A stretch of 64,000 nucleotides of DNA from Vicugna vicugna (taxonomy: Eukaryota). The position numbers and the translations under genes are program-made. The stretch spans positions 6,991,449-7,055,448 of the forward strand of contig MU058423.1 in the NCBI GenBank assembly GCA_013265495.1, in the 5' to 3' direction. The notes under the pieces are model-generated. The model was not told the origin of the DNA. It did no database searches and saw only the letters and a program-made list of their open reading frames with translations. Below, in pieces: positions 40,921 through 52,589 of the stretch; position 1 is the first letter of the stretch, and every line of letters starts with the position of its first letter.

Positions 40921-41480
40921 TGATATTGAACTCATTAGGCAGTTAGAAATGAGCACCAGGCAAGGGGAGAGGAAAGGGAAGAGAGCAATCGAGAAAATTA
41001 TGGTACACCTGCGCCCAGGATAAGGGGCTTGGAAGAGTTCTACTTTCTCTAAATGAGTGCCGACAAAGAAGCCGGTTAGAAGCGGCCGCTGTGGCTGCGC
41101 AAAGAGAAGGATCCAGCTTGACATAACCCAGTGCTCATTATAATTTAATTAGCATTGCGGTTTGGGCCCCTCCCAGGGGTTTTTCTGTGTGCATCTTGGG
41201 TAAGAGCATGCGCAAAGGAGATGGGCGCGTCTGAGCACTCAAGGGACACTAGCCGTCAGAGAACGCCCCTAAGCCAGGATAGAAGACAGGAGAAACAAAG
41301 GAGTGAGGCCATTTTTCTTCTCTTGGGTTGGCCCACCTTCAATTCTTGAAGGTGCACTCTACTAACTTTTTCTCTGCTAATAAAATCTTCTGTTTACCAC
41401 AACGCTTTCAGTCTTCTGTTTGCATTCTTTCGTCAGGTAAGGCAAAGAACCGAGGCCTTTTTCCCCTCCTCGCGGTAACA
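40921..41480 (+). mobile_element. ERV1-like LTR in intron 2, sense to COL11A1
   Basis: 560-bp GC/CpG-rich block in AT-rich intron. TGATA...TAACA termini, TATA-like GATAGAAGA at ~41278, AATAAA at 41379-41384, followed by AAC-TGGCACCACGA (PBS-like). The 5' boundary is less certain. Confidence 0.85.
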
Positions 41481-41734
41481 AACTGGCACCACGATCTTGT
41501 TTCCTAACTTTGAATTCAGTTTTACATAATCATTGTGCTTTGAATAAGTGGTGGTAAAGTTTGAATACAGCTTCAACAATTATTGCAAACAAAGCGTAAC
41601 AGAGTCCCCTCCCCACTGGTTTTTAAATTTGTATTTTTATTACCGTTTGAACTTTGGTGACTTATTGAGGGCACTTAGTAAGCTCACAAATAATAAGATG
41701 GTCCAGGAATAGTTCGGAAATTTGGAATTTCTGA

Positions 41735-41971
<237 letters not shown>

Positions 41972-42009
41972 TAAGTAGCAAAAATCTAACGTTTCAGCTG
42001 TTGAAAGCA

Positions 42010-42600
42010 ATTCTTTCATTTGATCATTCAACAAATTTTCATAAAGTGTGATGCAGATTTTCTAGGGAATGGTGATATAGAAATAAACAGAACAATAAAT
42101 TACCTACTCTTACATAGTCTATAATCTGGATAGACAAATAATGAACAATTAAAAAATTACTGATAAATAGTATATCAGATGGTGATCAATGAGCAAGAGA
42201 AACACAGCAGTGAAGGAGATAAGGGATGGTGGTTGGGATGTGCGGTTTTGAGGAGTGAGGTCAGGAATAATCCCACTAAGAAGGTGACATGTGAAGGAGG
42301 TGGAGTGCATATCATGCTACTAATTAAAAGCACACTGGTCCAGGGGTAGGAAAAGCAAATACACAGCCTCTGATTCCCAGTGTGGCTGATTTGGTCTAAG
42401 CAACCCCAGCGATGCCAGTGTGGCAGGGGCGGAGTGGGTTGATGCGGAAGGGGAAGCAGTAGGAGGCCACATGGTATAACACATTGTAGGTGATTGTAAG
42501 CATTTTGGATTTTATTCCAAGTGAAACGGGAAGTCACTGTAGACTTTTTGAGCAGAGGAATGGCCTGATTTGACGTACCTTTAGCAATCACTTTGATATT
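42010..42600 (-). mobile_element. L2 fragment
   Basis: TTCATTTGATCATTCAACAAAT tail; GAAGGTGACATGTGA; TTTTGAGCAGAGGAATGGCCTGATTTGAC. Confidence 0.7.
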
Positions 42601-42609
42601 GACAGTCAC

Positions 42610-42830
42610 AGGAAGCTTTACATGACACTCAGTGTATGCTATGCTCTGTTCTAAATGCTTTATGCATAGTTAACTCATTTAATTTTTCACAACTCTTTGA
42701 AGAAAATAATGTTAATAAACCCACTTTACAGATAAGGGAAGTGAGGCACTGGGAGTTTAAGTAACAGATATTTGAAGAGTGGCAGTTAACTCAGGTAGTC
42801 AGACTTCAGTAACAACCATGCTCTTCTGAA
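42610..42830 (-). mobile_element. MIR SINE
   Basis: TAACTCATTTAATTTTTCACAAC...CCCACTTTACAGATAAGGGAAGTGAGGCAC. Confidence 0.75.
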
Positions 42831-43219
42831 GATCATGCTGAATTCTGAATTCTGTGTTGTGAACACTGTCTATCGCTTAAAGCAGCTAAATAGAAATAAA
42901 TATTTATTAAATTTACTTGGTGTTTTATTGCTGAATTCAGGCTTCAAAAGTAGCTTTAACTGAAATATATTTGGTTATAGGCATAAAAAAGAAATAGCTG
43001 TTCAGATGGAAAAAAATATTCTCACTCAGTATATCACTGTCAGGACCATGGAGAAAACTTCATCCCAGTGCCAGGAAAACCTAGGCTTTCACGAGTCATT
43101 TACATCATTATCCTTAATAATTAATATGAAAAGTGATGATAGTTCTACGATCGAAACTAAATCAGGGTTGGGAATGTAGGGTGTATTGTTTTAGCCGGAG
43201 CAATCCTCTTTGGTATTGT

Positions 43220-43690
43220 TGCATTGAGGAAAGACATGTTGGAAGTGAGGGAGTGAGCATGTGGGGCTGTGGAGGAGGAGCATTCCTGGCAGAGTGAAGA
43301 ACACATGCAGGAACCAGGAGGAGGCAGCCGTGTGGCTGGAGTGTAGGAGTCCAAAAGCAGTTTGATGTGAGGTCAAAGAGGGTCAGGGCGAAGCAGAGTA
43401 AGGACTTCAGCTCTTACTGGGAGTATTAGATTAGTTTTCAGCAAGGCAGGGACTTGATCTGACTTACAATTTAAAATGGTCACTCTGGTTGCATCACAGT
43501 GGAAGTGAAGACCTACTGGGGTCTAGGTGAGCAACATGGGGGCTTGGACAAAGTTGAGAGACACTGAATTCTGTATGTATTTTGAGTATAAAGATTGGCA
43601 GATTTTCTGATGATATGAATGTGATAGTGTGAGAGAAGGAGAATAAATCAGAATGACTCCAAAACTAAGGGTTAATTTAGGATTTTGAAT
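43220..43690 (-). mobile_element. L2 fragment
   Basis: GGAAGTGAGGGAGTGAGCATGTG...GAGCATTCCTGGCAGAG...TGATCTGACTTACAATTTAAAATGGTCACTCTGG. Confidence 0.7.
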
Positions 43691-44963
43691 ATTGTATGTG
43701 ACACCATGATTATGACATGTCATTATTATTAGAGCTTAACTAATTCAACTAAAATATTATTTCGAGTCCTAATCCGCTTTCAACAATTGAAACCATTTTT
43801 ATTTTCTGTTAATGAAAAGCACGTATCTACAATGGTGGAGGAGATGGTTTAATTTAAGACACAGGCTTCTTGGCAGAAACATGTGTAAATTTTACTCTCA
43901 CAGTATTAAGTGCCTCCTAATGTAAATCTTTGACTATTCAAACAAAGCAGATGCCTATACTAGTTGAAAGTGCTGTGGAAAGACCAAAGATTAAGCGTAT
44001 GTGGAAATATACTTGGTCCTCGTCAGTGTGCATGCCAAGTCACATGAAACAGACAATTTAGAAAGGCTGCTGCACTTTTTGTGTACTTTATTTTATGGAT
44101 CTATTCCTAGACACTTCTGGAATATTAATTTAGCACTTTTCATTTGGGAAAAAAAAAACCAAGAGTGGCTTGCTAAATCCAAGTGAGCTTCACTTAGCTG
44201 TTTATGTTAGCACCAGATACTGCTAATAACCGTTTTACAGTATGATTAGGGTATGTATGTTTCCAGAAGGCTGGCCATGTCTCCCCCCAAGCCTGTCATC
44301 ACTGCCCTGAATTAGCTGGAGTAGTAGCTTCAGAGTGAATTGAGACTCTCACTCCACACATGCATTGACTATGCTTGCTTTCAGTGTCCCCACTTCCTGC
44401 CAACCCTGCAAAGAAGGAGAGATATTGTGTCTCAGTCTTGGATCCTGCCCACAGCAGTGATCTACAACAGTCTTGAAATTAAAGTGGAAAAAGAAAACGA
44501 AAGCACTTGAAAGAAATGTGAATAAAGACAGAGAAGCACATTGTGTAATTAGAACATTCAATTGCTCCAGATGGAGCATTCATTCAATTAGTAGACGTAC
44601 CCTTTTACAGTCAATCTCAGGGGATCACTTCAGCAGAATTTTCTTTAAGTAGAATTCCACTTTGGGAGAGAGCATTTACGTACATAGAAACTATTACTTA
44701 CCCCATATCCCACCCCTGATCTCTATATCAAATACCCTCATCAGGACATAGTGAGATTAAGCTTTTGTTACAACACAGGGAAGCAAAGGCTGGGCACTTC
44801 CTTATCAGCACAGACAGCCAAGACTGCTGTGCTTCTTACACTGCTGTGTCCTTTTGAGCTCCTAGCACTATTCTGGGTAAATAGGAAGAGGTCACCTGTT
44901 TTACTGATTGAGCTATAAATGAGCCTACATTTTGTACAATTTCAGCTCACTTGTATAATTTAA

Positions 44964-45212
<249 letters not shown>

Positions 45213-48200
45213 TAAATCAGACTTTAAGCTGAATATCACTAAATCAGATGAAATGAGTTAGTAACAGCAATAACAATCAATATATGCCATGAAGCAAAGT
45301 TACAAACTCTAAAGAGTGACCTACTTTCTTCCTCTGTGGTATAGTGGTGATGTTTTCTATTGTTCCGGAAGAGAATAAGTGGACAATGGTGACTGTAACG
45401 CCTGGGAAACGTTTCCAGAGATGGGTTGATTAAAACTCAGGCATGCTGTTCTCCTGGGAAGGGCAGTTGGCATTCCTCTTAGTACTTTGTTATTTCCTTT
45501 GGAGTAAAGAACATTATCTTCACTCCTCTCAGAGATTAATTTATTAAAATGGACAAGTGAGATATGTTGCCTTTCTCTGTTCTTTGTGAATGTTTCCAAG
45601 GTAAGATAGAGACCATATTGCCAAAGGTGAACTGTAAGTTTTTAAAATCACTTTTTTAATAATGTGAAGGTCATGGTGAAAAGTTTCTTTCCAACTATAA
45701 TTCACCAATTATGATAATCACGTTATTTCTTCTAATCCTTCAGTCGTGGGACCTGGTAACTCTTGCTTTAACTTTCATTTAGTCAATTATAAACAGGACA
45801 AACAGAACTGGGTCCTGACCCATAAAGGGATGCACTCCTGAGATATTATTCATTACTCTAATTATTTTTGTACAGTTTCTGAGTAATTCATTTTTCAAAG
45901 TATAACAAAGTAAAGCTGTGTAATATATTATGGATTAATAGACAAGTTCTACATGGGACATTTGTTGTATTTTATTGATATGTGTATGTATACACACACA
46001 TACACACACAGCATGTATGTTTTTTAAAAAACACAACATAAATTCAGGGTGTCAGTAGAATATTACGTCCCTGTACTTAGTTATATACATAATCTATGGC
46101 ATAATTTTAAATAGAATTAAATCTTGTGACATTTTCAGATTATTTGGAATTCTATTTGTTTCTGAGTTTCTGCACTAGTATGTGCCCAAGCCTTTGACTT
46201 CAAACAAAATGTTTAACACGTTATATCATACAAAATTAAATTACAAACTGATTGATTCAGGCAATATATAATAATATGCTGTCAGGTCTTCCAGTATCAT
46301 GCATTGATTGAACACAAATGATACATGAATATTTATTTATTAGATAAATGATAATCATGAACAAATTAATTTCTAAGCTTACAAAATTCTATTTTAAAAT
46401 TAAACATCAGTTTCACAAGCTAAGTTTATTTTTATAACCCAACAACACCTTATATTCATAGAACATAAATGAGTAATATGGAAGGGCTAAATCAGTACAT
46501 AGTTTCATTTCATAAGTTCGTTTAATTTATTGCTGTACATATTTGCAGAGCCTTAAACAATGGAGATTAAGAGTAGATTTTGCTCATCATAAATGAATAG
46601 GACATATAAAGAGGAAATTAGGATGGAAATATGCAAATTAATATTTATTAATTCTCAAAATTTACTAGCCTTAAAAGATAGTGTTTGACATATGTACATG
46701 TTAATTAGATTTCTTTTCCATACAGTTTCATAGTACTGAGACTTCTAGTTTTACCTGAACATAAGTCTAGGTGAATGTCATTTAGTTTTTATTTTTGACT
46801 CCTTACCCCCCAACACACACAGAACGAGGCTATCCTCCACCTTCCTTGCCATATACTATGCTCATGCTCACTGGGGTCCAGTTTAGAGCTTTTGATGTGT
46901 AGTTACAGACTATCACAGTAAGTTCTTTTTTCAACATAAATAACTGAACCTGATGCTACGTATTAAAAAATGTGCAGTAAATGCCTCTGTGTTTTATAGG
47001 TGCATTATAGTATCAACAACTAGAACACATAAAAATGATTTCCCTAAAATATTTCCATATGTTTTCAACCACTGCTGATCAAAATACCTCTAGCCAAGAG
47101 GCTTCTGGTAAATTACCAAAGAAGAGGTACTAGAAGCAAAGATTATTATTACTCTCTTTGATTAATTCTTGACTTTCTAATAACATAAATCATATTCTGA
47201 ATCTTGAAGTAATTCCAGCTGTTTATTTGGAAAAACTGTTAAGCCATTAGAAAAATAATCTTCTAAGGCTCGTTAGTGAAACCTTTAGTGAGTATAAGCA
47301 GTAGACCAAAATGAAGAAAATTGAAGCAAAAATAAGTTTATTAAGCTGCTTTGCATGAAACCCTCTGGAACTTTAAATAGAACATTTATTTAATATGAAT
47401 TGCAATCTGAAGACTTTTAAGAATTCTGCCTTAAACAGATAAAAGCAAAACTGAGAATGTTTTTAAAAGAATCACAAGATTAGTTTATATGAAAATGCCA
47501 AAATTAATATGCAGGACCGTAATTCAGATTATATAATTTCAGCATAGCAGAATGAATACAAGAATTGGTTCTGGAATGAGAAAAGTTTGATTTTGAATTG
47601 CAGTACCTAGCTTAATCAGGTTTCTGTGTGTAATTAATTTTTGTAAGTTTTAATTTCTCAATCTTCAAATGGGAATAGTAATCTAAGTATTTATTAAAAA
47701 TGAGCATATGTATGTGAAGTGCTTAAAATACTATTATTAATTTTATTTATATACGTGGTTATATGTTAATTTAATTATGCACTGATGTGTAGTTTTCTTA
47801 AGTATTATTATAACTTGTATTCTTTTTTATCATCTTACAACTTTGACATTTTAAATATTCTTATACACTATGGTATTAGTGAACAACAGTGACCCATGTA
47901 TCAGTCAAAAGTTCTAAGTGGTCTTTATGACTTGTAAATGAAGCGCTTCTTCCTGGACTACTGCTTGTTTACAAGGTACCTTGTGGGAATTAGATAAATT
48001 TGCCTTCTCTAGACAGAGAGAGGTAGCACATAGGTATGGACCTTAGTGAGTGGAACATGGTCTGAACAGATGAATACTTTCATGCAGGCACAAAATATGC
48101 ATTCAACCCTAATCAACAGCCTTGGTTTCTTCTGGCTTGATGATACAGTTCAAAAATGTCAAGAAAATCTAAATTAGAAGAAAAGCTACACCACCTTAGT

Positions 48201-48794
48201 AGTGTGTTACTTCTGGAGTCCTTTGAACAGGAAGTTTTTTGTTTGTTGTTTTTGTTTTTGTTTTTTTATCTAAATATCAAGTTGTAGCCATTATAACTCA
48301 AGTTTTCAAAGCACTGTTTTTCAATCTTTTTTCCCTTTTTTAATAAATCAAAACATGTTATTACAAGTCTTTTATACTTTTAACAGTTGTCTATCTTTAG
48401 GCAGATTATTTATTTCTTTGAAAGGACAAAGAGGAATGTGATGACAATTGAGTGGAAAATCTCATTTATGAAATTTTTCATTTTTTTCAAACTTCTCAGA
48501 AAGGACTTTTACATGAAATTCTCTTCGAAGAAATCAATGTATAATAATTTATAAAAGCTATACTATTTCAGTAGTTCTATAATGCCTGAAAACTTACCTT
48601 AAAGTACATCTCAAATATTTCACTAAGGATTTGATTACCAGTTTGTGACGTCCCTGTATCTTTTTTACTGCATATATTTTCCAAAGTGCATACTTTGAAG
48701 AAATTGTGTGCTAGTAGACATAGTCTCCCTAGAGAACAGCTTTCCCATTTATTCACCTTTTCCAGTTTAGATGCATTTAGGTCAGAATCCTTGA

Positions 48795-51700
48795 GATTTT
48801 TATTTATTGAGGTATAATCAAAGTATAATAAACTATAAGAATGTACAATTTAAATGTGCACCATTTAATCAGTTCTGACATGCATATAGACTTCTGAAGC
48901 CATCATCATAATCAAGAAAATAAACATTGCCATCACACCCAAAAGTTTCCTTCCACACTTTTATGAGCCATCTCTTCTACTCTAACCCTAGGCAATCACT
49001 AATTTGCTTTTTTATCATTATAGCTTATTTATTTTTTCAAGAATGTTTATAAATGAATGCACCCTCTTTAGGTTGGCTTTTTTTTTTTTGCTCAGTATAC
49101 CATTTTTGAGACTTACACATGTCTTCATATGTACCATTATTTTGCTTTTTCCCTTTTTTTGTAACCAGTATTCCAAATATGAAAAAGCCACAATTTTTTC
49201 ATCCACTTTTGCTTTTAGTGGGCGTTTGGTTGTTTCTAGATTTTGGTTACTGCGTATAAAGCTGTTGTGAACATGCATGTAAAGATTTGGTGTGGGTGTT
49301 TATTTTTATTTGTCTTAGTTAAATACCTTGGAGTGGAATGCTTGGGTTATTTGGTAGGTGTATGCTTAACTTAAAGAGAAAAAAAACTGAACTGTCAAAT
49401 TGCATTCCAGAGTGATATTAATCATTTCACATTCCCTCCAGCAGTGAATGAGAGTTCCAGTTGTCCTGCATCCTTGCCAATATATGGTCAGCCTTTTAAA
49501 TTTTAGCCATTCTAAGTGGTTGTGTAGTAGTATTTCATTGTGGTTTTAACTTGCTTTGCCTCATGACTGATGATGACAAGCATATTTTCAGGTGCTTATT
49601 GGCCATTTATTCATCTTCCTTTGTGAGGTGTCTTTTGCCCATTTAAAAAATGGCTGCCCATTAAAAAAATTCTGGTTACAGAATTGTAAGAGTTCTTATA
49701 GATCATGCATGTACTTTGATAGATATGAGCAGATCATTTTTCCAGCATGTGACTTGCCTTTTTATTTTCTAGATAATGTATTTCAAAGTGTGAATACTTT
49801 TCATTTTGATAAAGTTTGATTTATTGATTTGTTAATGTTTTATACTTTTGTGTTCTAAGAATCCCTTACCTATATAAAAATCACAAGATCTCTTGCTATT
49901 AGAAGTGTTGAAGTTTTAGATTTTACACATAGGTCACGCCCCATTTTGATTTAATATTTGAGTATGGCATGAGATAAAGGTCAACATTAATTGTTTTTTT
50001 AATAAGGCTATCCAGTTCATCCAGCATACTTTATTAAAAAGACTTTCCTTTATTCATTGTTATTGTCTTGGCTTCCATGCCAGAAATCAGTTGACTACAT
50101 ATAATTAGATCTGTTACTAAACTCTCTACTATCCTATTCCATCGATTTATTTATCTATCTTTTCACTGATACCAAATCATTTTGATTACTGTAGTCTTAT
50201 AGGAAATTTGGAAGTCAGGTAGGATAACTGCTTCTACTTTTATTCCTTGTAAACATTGCTTTATTTATGTTATTTTCATTCTGTATAAGTTTTACAATAA
50301 GCTTGGGGATTTGGAAAATAAAATAGAGGTTTTAACTGGGATCGCATTTAAGCAGTAGACCAAAATGAAGAAAATTGATATTTTAACAAACATTGAGTTT
50401 TCCATTTTCTAAATGTGGTATAACTCTTCATTAATTTTGGTCTTCTTTAATTCCTCTCACAATGTTTCCTAGTTTTCAGTGTAGACATCGTGGATATCTT
50501 TTATTCATTTTGTGCCTAGGTGATTTTTTTTTTTGATGCTACAGTAAATGAAATTGCTTTTAATGTCATCTGTCAATATTTTGTTGCCATATAAAAATAC
50601 AATAGATTTTTAAATATTCATTTTGTGTCTTCCAAACTTGTTAAATTTGTTTATTAGTTGAGGTATTTTTTAATGCAAATGATCATATAATCTGTAAATA
50701 GGGACCTTTCACTACTTTCTATTTTTTTATACCTTTTATTTTTTTTTATGACAAAGTATAGGACCTCCATCAAAATATTAAACAGAAGTGGTGAAACAGG
50801 AATTCTTGTCTTTTTGTTTTTCTGATCTCAAGTAGAAAAATACTCAGTCTTCAGCCATTAACTATGATGTTGGCTGTAACTGTTCAATATAAATTTATCA
50901 GTTTGAGAAATTTCACTACTAGTCTTAGTTCTCTAAAAGTTTCCATTATGAACATGTATTGAATTTTGTCAAATGCTTTTTATATACCTATTAAAATGAT
51001 AATTTTCTTTTCTGTTAGCAGGTTGAATTATATCAATTGATTTTCAAATGTTTAAAACCAACTTTTCATTCCTTAGATGGACTCCAATTGTACATGACGT
51101 ATTATTCTTTTTATTTACTGTTGGACTTGATTTGCTAAAGAATCTTTAGGATTTTGAGCCTTTATTAATGAGAGATATTGGTCTATGATTCTCTATATTT
51201 GTAATTTCTTTGTCAAGTTTTGGTATTAGGATAATACTGGCCTCAAAATGATTTGGACAGTGATCTCATCTATTTTCTGAAAAATTTTTTGTATGATTAA
51301 TTTATTCTTTTTTGGTATATATATTTATTGAAGTATAGTTAGTTTACAATGTTGTGTCAATTTCTGGTATATAGCACAGTGCTTCAGTCATACATGAACA
51401 TACATGCATTCATTTTCATATTCTTTTTCACCATAAGTTACTACAAGATATTGAATATAGTTCCCTGCACTGTACAGTATGAACTTGTTGTTTATCAGAT
51501 TTTGTGAGAATCCTGGCATTTCAAAACAAGAGACACTGCCAGAGTTTAGTAGATGTTCTGTGCAATTCAGTGGGTTTGTAAATGTAATTCTTGGTGTATT
51601 TGTGAGAGAGGGCGAGCTGAGTCCACTCCACCATCTTGGCTCCGTCCCCAATACTATTTCTTTCTTGAATGCTACATAGAATTCACCAGTGAAAATGCCA

Positions 51701-52570
51701 GGTGCCAGAGTTTTCTTTTCAGAAAGGTTTTAAACATACTTAATTTCATTCATAGATATAGGTTAATTAATTTTTTATTTCATTTAAATACAAATCTTGG
51801 TAAATTTTACATTTTAAGAACTTTTTCTAGTTCAACTAAATTGTTGAATTTGTTGGTATAAAGTTGTTTGTAGTATTTTCTTGTTTACTTTTTAATGTAT
51901 ATAAGATTACTGGTGATAATCACGTTTCATTCCTGATAATGATTTGTATTCTCTTTTTTTTCATAGATCAAGCAGTTTAAGTAGGCCTTTGAAAATTTTG
52001 TTGGTATTTTTAAACAAATCATATTTGGCTCTGTTTATTATTTCTCTTAACTGACCTCTTTTCTATTCCATTATTGTTTTCTTTCTATCCTAAATTTGAA
52101 AGAGGAAAATCATTTTTCTAGTTTCTCAAAAAGGAAAGTCATTGTTTGCAGATCTACTATTTGCTAGTAGAAACAATTAAAAAATTATACATTTCCCTAT
52201 AAACACTGTTTTAGTTGTAACCCATAAAATTGTTATGTAATTTTTTAAAGTAGTTTATAATTTCCGTCTTTATTTCATCTTTGACCCTTGAATTATGGAA
52301 AGGTGTGTTGTTTGTTGTTTCGATACTTGCATTTTTCTTAGATTGCTTATCATTATTGGTGTCTAATTTATTTTTTTGAAAGTAAACTTGATTTTATCTC
52401 ATTGCATTCAGATTTATTGACAATCGTTTTATGGACCAGCATGTACTCAGTATATCTTGGTAAATGTAGCCCATTCCCTTAAAAAAAAAGTGTGTTGTGA
52501 AATTGTTGGGTCAAGTGTTTTACATAATAGATGTTTCAAAGTCTCTTTTTGAGAGTTTTTACATTTGGGT
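48795..52570 (-). mobile_element. Ancient L1M (L1MC/ME-like) fragment, antisense in intron 4
   Basis: TTTATTTATTGAGGTATAAT 3' end followed by ~3.7 kb of decayed antisense ORF2 text; interrupted at ~51300-51650. Confidence 0.8.
51308..51649 (-). mobile_element. Internally deleted mini-L1: 5'UTR start fused to 3'UTR end
   Basis: Minus strand begins GGGGACGGAGCCAAGATGGTGGAG (L1 5' terminus with YY1-type motif). After 154 nt it joins ATAAACAACAAG... (L1 3'UTR, similar to 1640-1821 and 63510-63682). AATAAA at 51324-51329 (minus), A-rich tail, degenerate TSD. Confidence 0.8.
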
Positions 52571-52589
52571 TATCTTGGAGTTGGCATTT

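Noticed and set aside
51388..51651. 87-aa minus-strand ORF spanning the mini-L1 junction
   Set aside because: It starts at a non-ATG codon that begins outside the element, is built from UTR sequence and resembles no protein I know.
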